The notes under the pieces were generated by a model. The model saw nothing but the letters and a program-made list of their open reading frames with translations. It ran no database searches and had not been told where the DNA came from. The position numbers and the translations under genes were made by a program. Shown piece by piece: positions 51,042 through 61,807 of a DNA stretch of 64,000 bases. Source of the DNA: an uncultured Acidobacteriota bacterium (lineage in GTDB: Bacteria > Acidobacteriota > UBA6911); contig CAWHCF010000009.1 of assembly GCA_963827655.1 (NCBI GenBank), positions 1-64,000 on the forward strand. The letters are read 5' to 3'. Each line of letters begins with the position of its first letter. The stretch's first letter is position 1.

Positions 51042-51914
51042 ATGGATGCCATGAAGCACTTCGTCGGTCTGTTGATCGCCTTTGCTCTTCTGTCGGAAAC
51101 GCAGGCTCAGGACGTCAAACGCGACATCCGTTATGCCGATTCGACTCATCAGCGTCACGTGCTCGATATCTATTCGCCGCGTGGCGCCAAGAACCTGCCC
51201 GTGGTCTTCTGGATTCACGGCGGAGGGTGGCAGACGGGCGACAAGTCGAGCGTCCAGATCAAGCCACAGTATTTCATGGACAAAGGGATCGTCTTTGTCT
51301 CGACCAACTATCGGCTTCTGCCAGACGTCGACATGGGGACGATCGTGCGCGACATCGCCAAGTCGATTCACTGGGTGCATGACCATATCGCCGAGCACGG
51401 GGGCGATCCGCAGCGTCTGTTCGTCATGGGCCATTCCGCCGGCGCGCAACTCGCCGCGCTGGTTTGCATCGACGACCGTTATCTGAAGGCCGAGGGGCTG
51501 TCCCTGGCGATCATCAAGGGCTGCGTGCCCGTCGATGGGGACACCTATGACGTGCCGGCCATCATCGAGACGGCGGAGACCCGACGTCGGGTGCATGGTC
51601 TGCCGCAAGCGAAATTTGGTCACCGTGAGAAGTTCGGCAACGACGCGGCGAAGCACCGCGACTTCTCCGCCGTCACGCATGTGGCCAAGGACAAAGGCAT
51701 TCCTCCGTTCCTGATCCTGCACGTCGCCGAGCATCCCGACACGAGCGCGCAGGCGCAGCGTCTGGGCAACGTGCTGAAGGAAGCGGGCATCCCCGCCACG
51801 GTCTTCGGTGGCAGAGAGACCACCCACAACAAGATCAACGCCGACCTCGGCCTGCCCGACGATCCAGCCACCAAGGCGCTCGATGAGTTCGTGCGCGCGG
51901 CACTGAAGAGGTGA
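51042..51914 (+). CDS. Alpha/beta hydrolase (HSL/BD-FAE-like)
   Basis: LDIY, IHGGGW, NYRL, GHSAGA. Confidence 0.9.
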   Translation: MDAMKHFVGLLIAFALLSETQAQDVKRDIRYADSTHQRHVLDIYSPRGAKNLPVVFWIHGGGWQTGDKSSVQIKPQYFMDKGIVFVSTNYRLLPDVDMGTIVRDIAKSIHWVHDHIAEHGGDPQRLFVMGHSAGAQLAALVCIDDRYLKAEGLSLAIIKGCVPVDGDTYDVPAIIETAETRRRVHGLPQAKFGHREKFGNDAAKHRDFSAVTHVAKDKGIPPFLILHVAEHPDTSAQAQRLGNVLKEAGIPATVFGGRETTHNKINADLGLPDDPATKALDEFVRAALKR

Positions 51915-52271
51915 CCCGCTCCCAGCATCATCTTTTTCGTTGTATTGAGTGAGAAGGCACTGCCCTCCGGATGATTGACTTGATTCCCAGACCGAAGGGC
52001 CGCCCGGTTCAATGCAACCGATCGATAACGGAATTCCAGTACCTTTATTGGGCAGGTCCAAGCGATCAAAAACTCCGGCTGGCTGGTCCCCGATCCTGTG
52101 ATTCGAACCAAGGATCGGCAAGACCACATGTTGAAGGCGTAGATCGGGGGAACATCCTCAACCGATGTCTCAGCGTGATTCTATGCCGAGTTCTTCGCTG
52201 GAAGATATTGCGCCCGTCACGCCCTCGATGGCATGATGAGCGCCCGGAACTCACCACCTGGAAGGGTTTAC

Positions 52272-54005
52272 ATGCAGATCCAAGACACCGAAAATCGTCC
52301 GTCCCCAACCGCTCCCGATCACCGTGTCTCGGCTCTGAAGGACAGATGGAGTGTTTTGTGGTCATGTTGTGCGATTTTAGGGCTCTGCCTTGTCGTGGGC
52401 CTGCCGACAATTCGGCCGGACAACTACTTCTTAGGCGACGACTTCGGGCTGGTGCACCATCTACACAAGCTGCCGCTCTATCGATTTCTGTCTTATTTCG
52501 CTTCGGATTGGACCGAAGGTATCTACGGATTCACGCTGGATGAGCTGCGGCCTTTTTTAGCCTTTACATACTGGCTGGATAGCCGGCTCTTTGGAGCGGC
52601 GAACGCGCAGGGCTACCACGCGACTAATGTCGTTCTGCACATGCTGAATGGTCTGCTGGTACTGGCGATCGCTCGGTCTGTCGCACCAGGGCAGAAAGCC
52701 GTCGCGCTTCTGGCGGCCTCGATATTCGTGCTCATGCCAAGCCACGCCGAACCGATATCGTGGATCAGCGGCCGAGTCGATTCAGTTGCGGCGCTGTTCT
52801 ACTTGGCCGCGTTCTTATGTTTCGTCCGGTTTCGTCTCCGACAACACCGCGCATGGTTCGTTGCTACACTCGTCATCTTCATTTGTGGTCTGTTTGCGAA
52901 ACAGTCACTAGTTACCTTTCCAGTACTCATCCTGGCTTATGATGTCGTGTTTGGGCCCACCCTCCAGGGCTCAACACGTACCGGCGTCATTTCACGATAT
53001 GCGTCTCATGTGCCGTTTTTTCTGCTGCTGGTGGCGTATCTGGGGCTTCGGCACTATCTTTTTGGTAATGCTATTCGTGAAAGCCTCCTCACGTTGACGG
53101 CCTTCAAAGAGTTCGCTTCCCGACAATACTTTTACGTCACGAAGCTCTTCCCGATTGCGGACAATGCCTCGTCTGAGACCAGATTGTGGCTGACAATCAT
53201 AATGGTGCTCGTGCTGGCGGCGTGCGGATGGTCTCTGTTCGTTTCACGCTCCAGGTATGGGCCGGTGATTCGACGTTTGATTTTCTTTGGCGCGATTTGG
53301 TACGCGATCACCATTGCTCCAATGGTTGTGACCTACAGTTCTGCGCGTCATCTCTATCTGACCTCCGCAGGACTAAGCATCGCGCTCGCATCACTGATTT
53401 TGCCGGGGAGGTTGCGCGACAAGATTCCATGGACGGCCGGGCGCATCATAGCGGCCGCCGTGCTTGTTTTGCTCAACGGCCTCGCGCTGAAGTGGAACAC
53501 GGGGAAATGGATTGAGAACGGTATCGAGTCGCAAAAATTCGTAACCGCTCTGCCTCCCTTGCTTCGATCTCTCCGCCCTGGGAGCCTCGTTCTCATCGAT
53601 ATTCCCGAGACGAACCGTGGCGCCTGGTTCTGGTCCTGGGGACTCCCGTTCGCCTTAGAGAAGCCTTTCTTGCCTGAAGACTTATACCCCCAGTTTGCGA
53701 TCGTAGAACGTCCCGCCGTATACTGTTGTCCGCAGAACCAGTGGTGGATGGCCAAAGAGACGGCGCTTACCCGACTACTGAACTCGCCTGACCCACACGA
53801 AGTGACCTCCATTTTGCCCGTGCCCCATGCACTCGGGTCTCTCGTGCTCCGAACACGAGGAGTGAATGGCCCGGCATTAAGGCTGAAAATTGAAAGCGCG
53901 ATCGGGAGGCCTCTCGAGAGCGTCTCTACCAACTTCACCTATCCTGAAGCCCAGCAGGTGATGGGGATTCTCCTCGAGCCCTTCAACGCAGCAGTGAGTC
54001 CATAA
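52272..54005 (+). CDS. Polytopic membrane protein of the GT-C/mannosyltransferase-like type
   Basis: FLGDDF, LRP, YHATNVVLH, PSHAEPISWISGR, FAKQ, RHLYL. Confidence 0.7.
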   Translation: MQIQDTENRPSPTAPDHRVSALKDRWSVLWSCCAILGLCLVVGLPTIRPDNYFLGDDFGLVHHLHKLPLYRFLSYFASDWTEGIYGFTLDELRPFLAFTYWLDSRLFGAANAQGYHATNVVLHMLNGLLVLAIARSVAPGQKAVALLAASIFVLMPSHAEPISWISGRVDSVAALFYLAAFLCFVRFRLRQHRAWFVATLVIFICGLFAKQSLVTFPVLILAYDVVFGPTLQGSTRTGVISRYASHVPFFLLLVAYLGLRHYLFGNAIRESLLTLTAFKEFASRQYFYVTKLFPIADNASSETRLWLTIIMVLVLAACGWSLFVSRSRYGPVIRRLIFFGAIWYAITIAPMVVTYSSARHLYLTSAGLSIALASLILPGRLRDKIPWTAGRIIAAAVLVLLNGLALKWNTGKWIENGIESQKFVTALPPLLRSLRPGSLVLIDIPETNRGAWFWSWGLPFALEKPFLPEDLYPQFAIVERPAVYCCPQNQWWMAKETALTRLLNSPDPHEVTSILPVPHALGSLVLRTRGVNGPALRLKIESAIGRPLESVSTNFTYPEAQQVMGILLEPFNAAVSP

Positions 54006-54136
54006 GCTCGCGAATTTTGAGCCCACCCGGCGTCCTGCGGAGTGGAAAAATCCAAAGCTAACCTTTGCGGGCTACGATGCAGCCGCCCGGGCCGGCGGCG
54101 GCCCGAGGCGGCCACCTGTGCCGTGGATCGCGTTAA

Positions 54137-55470
54137 AGAGATCGCAAGAACGCGTCGCCCGGTTCATGTGCGGACGGGCTATCAAGCCCGTCCGGCCTCC
54201 GAGGGCAGTACTAAAATCAGGGGATTTAGCCCTGTGGCGGCACTATAAGACCTCTATTTTGGCTCAAGATCCCGCTGTGCTTCGTTCTTCCCTCAGCCTA
54301 TGTTGAGCTGCCCGGTCGCCCATCGGGGGTACATCTTGCCCAAATTCACGACTGCACACAGCAACGCCCACTGGGCTTTGACTTTTTCCAGGCCACGCAC
54401 CGTCCAGCGCCGAAATCCCATCAGCTGCTTGATCCAGGCAAAGATCGGCTCGACGATGCCCATCCGTTTTTTTATAAGCTGACTCTTTTGTTTGTCCTTC
54501 TGTTTTTCCTTTTGACGCAAAATGACTTCGTAATAAGGACTGACATCGAGCTTTCGTCCTTGCTGGTCCTTGCTACACTGCCACCGCACGGGACATTCCT
54601 TGAAGCTCCGGCAGCGATACCTGCGAACTGCATAGCGCTTGTCGGGGGACTTGCTCATTCCTTCAAAGGTAAGCACTTCCCCAAGGGGACAGGTCCAACA
54701 ATCTTTCTCTCTCTCATAGACAAACTTCGATGAGTGAAACTCCCCGCCTCGTTCTGCTTGCGTCTCCAGTTCCTTGAGGCTGACCAGTACCTCTGTCTGT
54801 CGTTCTTCCGCTTTGGCCAACTGTTCCCCGGACAAGTAACCTGAATCGGCCACCGTTTCCTGTGCCACCGACCCTACCGTCTCAACCACGGCCTCGATCA
54901 TCGGCATCAGTTGAAACTTGTCATTCTGATCCGTCGTAACATCGGCCGCCACGATGATGTCCGCCTTACTGTCCACTACCACCTGCGCGTTATATCCCAG
55001 TCTTATCCCTTCCTGGGTCTTCATTACTTCAGCTTCCCGCTCTCCAGGATGCATCTGATCCCGTTCTTCTTTCTCTAATTCGGCAAGCTTGGCTCGGATC
55101 GTTTGCTGTAACTTAACTTTCTCCTGCAATTCCTCAGGCAACCGATATTCCTCTGCCCCTGGCTCTTGCGCCCCCTCAACCTCTCGCATTACTCGAGTCA
55201 GAAGGTCCTCCACGCGTGCCAGCGTCTTCTCCAGCTTCCTCTTCTTCCACATCTCCCGCGTCGACGATTGCGAGGCCAGCTTCGTCCCGTCCACCGCGTT
55301 GAGAACCATGTCCACCAACTCTGCCTTTATCGCTACTTGAATCGTCTTGCGAAATACCTGCTTCAGCGGCTTTCGGTTATCCCGCCAAAACCTTCACAGC
55401 GAACTGTGATCCGGTTAAGGCATACCGGTTAGCCACATCAAGCTCATGCTGCCGCGCATGGTCTGTGCCA
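54137..55470 (-). mobile_element. IS1182-family element remnant: transposase 5'-truncated with in-frame stops; 3' end near 54137
   Basis: LMWLTGM*PDHSSL*RF, VDGTK, GYNAQ, ADSGY, CPLG..YRC..CPVR..C, VEPIFAWIK..GFRRW..RG. Confidence 0.88.
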
Positions 55471-55511
55471 AGCGCTCGCTGACACGTGGATTGCTCCTGT
55501 ACGCTGCTCGT

Positions 55512-56408
55512 TCAGGAAGATACCTGATCCCGCACGAGCTCGCCGAATAGCTCCGGCCTGCGCGTGCGTAGCGCGTAGTTGGCCAGCGCCCGCTCGCGCG
55601 CCAGCAGCATCGGATCAAGGTCGGCGACGATCATCTCCTCCTGTATGCGCTCCCTTTGAGCGCTGGCCAGAAGGTCCCCGTTGGGTCCCCAGATCATAGC
55701 GACGCCGGCGTGGTGTGGTTGGTTTTCGTGATCCTTGGGGTAGTTGTCCAGAGTTCCGGCCCGACCGGCCTGGTCGGTTAACACGGCGAAGCAGGCGTTT
55801 TCGCGGGCTCGCAGAGCGTACACGGCGACGAAATCGTGGGAATGCCGACGCGCCGCCGCTTCTCCTTCAGGCGTATCTGGCCAGGGCTTGAAACGGGCAG
55901 CGTGGGGCATCAGGAGCACCTCGGCCCCGCGCAGGGATAGCACGCGGCCTACCTCGGGAAACTGATTGTCGTAGCAGATGACCGTGCCCACTTTACAGGG
56001 TCCCACGTCGAACACGTGAATGTCCCGGCCGCCCTTGTAGTAGTTCACCTCGTCACGCGAAAGGTGCAGCTTCCGCTGCTTGCCGATGTAGCCATCGGGT
56101 CCGACCAGGATCTGCGTGTTGTAGACAATGTCGCGTTCTTTCTCGCTGAGTCCGACGGAGAGCACCAGACCATGACGCCGGGCGAGCTCGCTCAGCTTGC
56201 GGGCGCTCGGACCCTCCGGCACGGGCTCGGCCAACTCCCAGGTCTTAGGGGTACAGTGGCCGTGGACCACCAGTTCGGGAAAGAGCACAAGATCAGCCTT
56301 CGCCGCTGCCGCGCGCTCGCACCAGCCGTCGATGGCGGCCAGCACGCGCTCCGGTTCGCCCAGAAACCCATTCATGCTCACGGCCGCCACACGGGTCACT
56401 TGCATCAT
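55512..56408 (-). CDS. Carbon-nitrogen hydrolase (nitrilase/amidase family)
   Basis: LVLFPE, QRKLH, ICYD, RARENA. Confidence 0.9.
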   Translation of the reverse strand: MMQVTRVAAVSMNGFLGEPERVLAAIDGWCERAAAAKADLVLFPELVVHGHCTPKTWELAEPVPEGPSARKLSELARRHGLVLSVGLSEKERDIVYNTQILVGPDGYIGKQRKLHLSRDEVNYYKGGRDIHVFDVGPCKVGTVICYDNQFPEVGRVLSLRGAEVLLMPHAARFKPWPDTPEGEAAARRHSHDFVAVYALRARENACFAVLTDQAGRAGTLDNYPKDHENQPHHAGVAMIWGPNGDLLASAQRERIQEEMIVADLDPMLLARERALANYALRTRRPELFGELVRDQVSS

Positions 56409-56868
56409 GAAATCCTCTCCTTCTTGGGGCAGTCGCGCTCACGTCCAACACGAGACGCAACCGTCTGGATCTGTCTCTACGGCACCCAATCGCTGCCGGC
56501 TCAAGCTATTGAACAGGCTACGGGAATTTACACCACATCTCAACTGCTTGTCGCGAGGTTCCGCCAACTTTCCACAGCAATCGGGCTGGCGGCTGCAAAG
56601 TGCATCCAAAAATGCAGCCAGGATCGGCGGCGATCTGCGCTGCCCGACAGCGCGGGCACGCCTATGTGCCACAGATACGACAACAAAACTGGTAGAGCTG
56701 GATCACAGGGGCTATTAGAATAGCCGTATGAACATGGGGTTGGAACACATGATGCGGTTGGCCAAGGCCCGGGCGCGTCAGTCCCTTGCCCACGGATGAT
56801 CGAAGTGGCAATGAGGTCCGTAATCTTGTTGGCCACGCGCGCGCTCGACACTGTGTATAGTGCGAGAG

Positions 56869-57729
56869 ATGTCTACGTCGGAAAAGAATCTGCGATCTCT
56901 GGAAGCTGGCATCGTCACCGATTTCAAGGATCGGATGAGCTATGCAGGCTACCTCTGCCTCGATGGGTTGCTCTCCCAGCAGCGGCCGCTTTCCCGGCCA
57001 CCGCACCACGATGAAATGCTGTTCATCATCCAGCATCAGGTCGCGGAACTCTGGATCAAGCTGCTGATCCACGAGTTGGAGGCAGCGATCCGTTATGTGC
57101 AGCAGGACCAGCTCGATCCCTGCTTCAAGATTCTGTCGCGTGCCAAGCTCATCCAGATGCAGCTCTTTGACCAATGGGCCGTATTGGAAACGCTCACTCC
57201 ATCCGAATACATGGAATTCCGCGGAGTGATCGGCCATGCTTCCGGCTTTCAGTCGTATCAGTACCGCAAGTTTGAGTTTCTACTGGGAAACAAGAATCGG
57301 GGCACGCTCCAGGTCTTTACCCATGTTCCGGAGATCCATCAGGATTTGCAGAAGACGCTTGAGTCGCCCAGCCTTTACGATGAATTTCTGCGACATCTCA
57401 AGCGGCGCGGCCTTGCTGTGCCCCAAGCCTGCGTCGAGCGTGACTGGTCCGAGCCTTATCAGAAAAATGATGAATTGATAGAGGTTTTGAGGGACATTTA
57501 TGAGCATCCACGCGAACACTGGGACGCATATGAAATGTGCGAAAAGCTCGTGGATGTAGAAGAGTACTTCCAGCTCTGGCGCTTTCGCCACATGAAAACC
57601 GTCGAGCGTATTATCGGTTTTCGCCCCGGCACCGGAGGCTCATCCGGCGTTGGCTTTCTGCGTCAGGCGTTGGAATTGACTTTTTTCCCCGAACTGTTTG
57701 CCGTCCGCACAGGACTGAAGCAACGATGA
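56869..57729 (+). CDS. kynA: Tryptophan 2,3-dioxygenase
   Basis: [46 protein letters not shown]. Confidence 0.96.
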   Translation: MSTSEKNLRSLEAGIVTDFKDRMSYAGYLCLDGLLSQQRPLSRPPHHDEMLFIIQHQVAELWIKLLIHELEAAIRYVQQDQLDPCFKILSRAKLIQMQLFDQWAVLETLTPSEYMEFRGVIGHASGFQSYQYRKFEFLLGNKNRGTLQVFTHVPEIHQDLQKTLESPSLYDEFLRHLKRRGLAVPQACVERDWSEPYQKNDELIEVLRDIYEHPREHWDAYEMCEKLVDVEEYFQLWRFRHMKTVERIIGFRPGTGGSSGVGFLRQALELTFFPELFAVRTGLKQR

Positions 57730-57736
57730 GCCAGCA

Positions 57737-58948
57737 ATGAGCCGTAGTATTGTCGAAGCCGTTGCTCGCCTTGGCCCCTGTGCGCTTACGGAAGAATCCG
57801 TGCAGCAGCACATCGCGCCGTTGTTTTCCCGCGTGCTGGCCGGTGATCGCATCTATCTCGCCAATCATTCTTTGGGCCGTCCTCTCGACGTTATGGCAGA
57901 GGACCTGCGCGAAGCGACTTTGCTTTGGGAAACAAAGCTCGGCGACGCATGGGATGCGTGGCTGGCGGAACAGGAAGCCTTTCGCGCCCGCATCGCCCAG
58001 CTCATCCATGCTCCGCGTGTGGATTGCATTGTGCCCAAAACATCTGCCGGACAGGGCCTGCGTGCTGTGTTGAATGCGCTGTCCGGAACGCCGCGCGTCT
58101 TGAGCACGCGTGGAGAATTCGATTCCATAGACCTGCTGCTGAAACAGTATGCGTCGCTTGGACGTATCGAGGTGCACTGGGTCGAACCCGATGCTGACGG
58201 TCTGTTTACCGTGCCAGGAATGATGGAGCATCTGGGGGATGGAGTCGATCTTGTCGTGATCTCCCAGGTCATGTTCATGAACGGACAAGTCGTGCATCAT
58301 CTGGACCAACTCGCCGATGCTTGCCACACCGTCGGCGCAAAGCTGTTGGTCGATTCCTATCACGCTATCGGCGTCTTTCCTGTGGATGTCGCCGCCATGC
58401 GGACCGATTTCGCGATTGGTGGTAGTTATAAATATCTTCGCGGTGGTCCCGGCGCGTGTTTTCTTTATCTGTCGCCGGAAATCCTTGCCGGCGGATTGCG
58501 TCCGCTCGATACAGGTTGGTTCGCGCGCGAAAATACATTCGGCTATGAGCGGCCTGACCCGCCATTGCTGCGTGCAGGCGGCGACGCTTTTCTCGAATCG
58601 ACGCCTCCTGTGCTCACCTACTACCAGGCACGCAGCGGGCAGCACTTTACGCTGGCCATGGGTATGGAACGACTGCGTGACTACGGACGAAAACAGCTCA
58701 ATCAGTTGAAGCGTTATCTTGCCGATGCAGGCATAGACGCAATTGGCGGCGATGCCGACCACGGCGCATTTCTCTCTGTTCGGCATAGGAATGCCGGCGA
58801 TCTTGCGATAAAGACAGCAGAGAACAATGTCATCACCGACGCTCGCGGTGAATGGCTGCGCCTGTGCCCCGATTGCCTCACGCGGGAGGAGGAGCTGCGA
58901 ACAGCGGCTTCTGTCTTGCAACGGGAGCTGGAACAACTGCATCGCTGA
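57737..58948 (+). CDS. kynU: Kynureninase-like class V PLP enzyme
   Basis: YLANHSLG, GGSYKYLRGGPG, GWF, STPP; directly after kynA. Confidence 0.75.
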   Translation: MSRSIVEAVARLGPCALTEESVQQHIAPLFSRVLAGDRIYLANHSLGRPLDVMAEDLREATLLWETKLGDAWDAWLAEQEAFRARIAQLIHAPRVDCIVPKTSAGQGLRAVLNALSGTPRVLSTRGEFDSIDLLLKQYASLGRIEVHWVEPDADGLFTVPGMMEHLGDGVDLVVISQVMFMNGQVVHHLDQLADACHTVGAKLLVDSYHAIGVFPVDVAAMRTDFAIGGSYKYLRGGPGACFLYLSPEILAGGLRPLDTGWFARENTFGYERPDPPLLRAGGDAFLESTPPVLTYYQARSGQHFTLAMGMERLRDYGRKQLNQLKRYLADAGIDAIGGDADHGAFLSVRHRNAGDLAIKTAENNVITDARGEWLRLCPDCLTREEELRTAASVLQRELEQLHR

Positions 58949-59083
58949 GCGCCGTCAAACCCTCAGGCCCATTGCTTTCAAAGCCTGTTCGAAAGGTTCA
59001 GGCGCCATGGTGGCCAGTCATGAAACGGATCATAGCTCGACCGCTTGCGGCCCGAGAAGTGAGAGAGTCTTCGCCATCGAGTT

Positions 59084-59854
59084 ATGCAGACGTCGATAAC
59101 TTCAGCCGTTGAAGATCCGTCATGCCTTCGATCCTTCTGTGCCTGCTCCCGCGTGCTGATACGGATCGTTCTTTGGCTGCTGCCTGTTCTCTGTGCCGCC
59201 CGGCTGCAGGCAGAGGATACCCGCAATGAATTCTGGCCGGAGTTTGATGCCTATCTCAAACTGAATGAGAAGTCCCGTCTGTTCTTTATGTATAGCGCCA
59301 CCAAACTGGATCAGCGGGCGACGCATGCCGACGGCACGCTCGGAGGGCATTTGGACTTCTACACGTTACCACTGTTCGGGCGGAGGCTGCTGCAGCATCG
59401 CGCCGATGTAGCCAGGAGCAAGTCGTTCATGTTGCGGGCCGGTTATCTCTTTTCCCGGACTCCCTCCGGCAGCACCGACCCATTTACGGAACACACGCCG
59501 ACCGTCGAGACTCACTGGCGCTTTTCCCTCCCGGGGTCCATGCTGCTGACGGATCGCAATCGTGCGGACTTCCGGTTCGTGGACGGCAACTACCAGCCTC
59601 GCTACCGCAATCGGCTCAAGCTGGAACGAACGTTCAAGGCTGGACGCCTGGATGTCACTCCATTTGCTCATGCGGAGGCGTTCTATGACTGGAGGTTTGA
59701 CAAATTTCACCGCTTCCGCTATGCGGCGGGAGCAGAAGTAACCCTGGGGCGGCACGTGATCTTGGAAGGTTACTATTTGAGGCAAAGGGACACGGTCTCT
59801 TCGCCGCACCACGTCAACGCCATGGGGCTTGCTCTGCAATTCTATTTCCCCTGA
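59084..59854 (+). CDS. DUF2490-like outer-membrane beta-barrel protein (start uncertain)
   Basis: Amphipathic beta strands, RNRADFR..RYRNRL, aromatic C-terminus. Confidence 0.7.
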   Translation: MQTSITSAVEDPSCLRSFCACSRVLIRIVLWLLPVLCAARLQAEDTRNEFWPEFDAYLKLNEKSRLFFMYSATKLDQRATHADGTLGGHLDFYTLPLFGRRLLQHRADVARSKSFMLRAGYLFSRTPSGSTDPFTEHTPTVETHWRFSLPGSMLLTDRNRADFRFVDGNYQPRYRNRLKLERTFKAGRLDVTPFAHAEAFYDWRFDKFHRFRYAAGAEVTLGRHVILEGYYLRQRDTVSSPHHVNAMGLALQFYFP

Positions 59855-59899
59855 AGCTGGAGGACGAACCAATCCAGATCAGATCACCAACAGAGATCA

Positions 59900-60410
59900 C
59901 CCCCCGGGCTGCGACGGACGGATGCCCTTCGAGAACGGAATGCTCTCGGAGATGCTGTTGAAAACGGCTATAATGCGTTTTTGCTTCGGCAAGTGGCACC
60001 TCAATCCGTCGGAGGAAAGCACTCCGGCGGGGCGCGTGTCACCGCTGGCCGCTGGGTCGCGCGCTTCTACGGCTTCCTCGGCGGCGAGACCAATCAGTGG
60101 TTCCCCGACCTGACCTACGACAACCATTCGGCGCCGCAGCCAAAGACGGTCGAAGAGGGCTACCATTAGAGCGAAGACCTGGCGGACAAGGCGATCCAGT
60201 TCATCCTCAACGCGCCCGACAAGCCCTTCTTCCTGTACTATGCGACCAGGGGCCGCGCACGCGCCGCATCAGGTCGGCCCGGACTGGATCGAGAAGTACA
60301 AAGGCAAATTCGACATGGGCTGGGACAGGTACCGCGAGGCGTGTCAGAAGAAGTTGGGGATCTTCCCAGCCAACGCTGGGCTTTCGCGGCACGATCCCGA
60401 CGGGCCGGCT
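59900..60410 (+). pseudogene. Arylsulfatase (AtsA-like) internal remnant
   Basis: GKWHL, FYGFLGGETNQW, GYH*SEDLADKAI, PFFLY, HAPHQ..KYKGKFDMGWD spread over three frames with a stop; no start or end. Confidence 0.85.
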
Positions 60411-60495
60411 CCTGCCCGCATTCGGCGGCTTGATAAAGATGTTACGCAGGCAGTCAGCAAAGTCAGACGTTGAAACTAGAGAGGAAGGAATCAAA

Positions 60496-61299
60496 ATGAA
60501 CCCAGAGAATCGGAGAAAACTTTTCGCGGGCCTCTTCGCCGATCAGGCCGCCAGATGCGGAGCTCCCTTCGTGACGGCCTTGCTGCTGCTGAGCTTGCCC
60601 CTGCCCGCTCAACAGCCCGATGCTGCTGCCAAGCAGCAGATGATCCAGGAGAGGGTAGCAGCCCTGAAGCAGTCGCTGGCTCAGAACCAGGCGGCGCTGA
60701 AGCAGTATACCTGGACGGAAACCACCGAGATCAGCTTGAAAGGGGAGGTGAAGAAGCGGGAACAGAAGGAGTGTCACTACGGCCCGGATGGCAAAGTCCA
60801 GAAGACACCGATCGCTGGAGGAGAGCCACCCGCACAAGACCAGCAGCAGGCCGGGGGGCGGTCGGGCCGCCGGGGCGGGGCCGTGAAGAAAAAGGTCGTC
60901 GAGAACAAGGTGGGAGATCTGAAGGACTACATGGAGAATGTGGCCGCGCTGGTTCACGAATATGTGCCGCCCGATCCCGCCAAGATCCAGGCTGCCGCCA
61001 AGGGTGGCAAAGCCGCGCCCGAGCGGAGCGCCGAGGGAGGACTGACGGCGCTTACCTTGACAGACTATGCCAAAGCAGGCGACAAGCTCTCACTCGGTTT
61101 CGACGCGGTGGCGAAGAAGATCCGGAGCTACAACGTTGCTTCATACCTGGACAAGCCGGAAGACGCGGTCACGCTGCGGGTGAGCTTCGACAGCCTGCCC
61201 GACGGCACCAATTACCCGAAGGAAACGGTGCTGGATGCCAAGGCCAAACAGATCCAGGTAAAGATTAGCAACTCCGGGCACAAGAAGGCCGGATCCTGA
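60496..61299 (+). CDS. Secreted hypothetical protein
   Basis: GAGGAAGG RBS, signal peptide, open frame with GC3-rich codons. Confidence 0.75.
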   Translation: MNPENRRKLFAGLFADQAARCGAPFVTALLLLSLPLPAQQPDAAAKQQMIQERVAALKQSLAQNQAALKQYTWTETTEISLKGEVKKREQKECHYGPDGKVQKTPIAGGEPPAQDQQQAGGRSGRRGGAVKKKVVENKVGDLKDYMENVAALVHEYVPPDPAKIQAAAKGGKAAPERSAEGGLTALTLTDYAKAGDKLSLGFDAVAKKIRSYNVASYLDKPEDAVTLRVSFDSLPDGTNYPKETVLDAKAKQIQVKISNSGHKKAGS

Positions 61300-61416
61300 T
61301 CGAAAAACCTCCAGACGTCCTTTTCCTGTATCCTCCTTTGAACTTACTTGCACTTGTCGAGTTAAAACGTTTGCGACAATCGGCAGGCCGGGCATGTCTG
61401 GTTGTTGTTGCTTCTT

Positions 61417-61700
61417 TCACCTTGCAACAGCGGCTCTCCCCGCGACGAAGACAGTCTTCCAATCGGTCTTGATATTCACCACCGTAGAGCCGTTCTTCTT
61501 TGCGGCGTCGAGCGAGAGGTTGTCCTTCTCCGCGTAGGCGAACTCGCGCGCCTCGTCATCGTGGTTGATCAGGAGTTGGAACGAAGGCCCCGTACACCCC
61601 TTCGAGTACTCCATCATCGCGATGTCGCCTGCATTGCCAACGTTCCCGCCCGCAAAGATGGGGCGCCGATCTGGCGCTGCTCCCACCTCTTTACCTTGGT
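61417..61700 (-). pseudogene. C-terminal remnant of a HAD-family hydrolase
   Basis: RRPIFAGGNVGNAGDIAMMEY..LINHDDEAREFAY..VNIKTDWKTVF without an N-terminal DxD. Confidence 0.65.
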
Positions 61701-61807
61701 CGGTTGCTGGACTCCCGTCGATAGAAATCACCAGCAACGTACGTGCTGGCAGAAGGAACGACGCCAGCAGAACGAGAACAGGCAACTTGCTCAAGCTCCG
61801 CGGGCTC

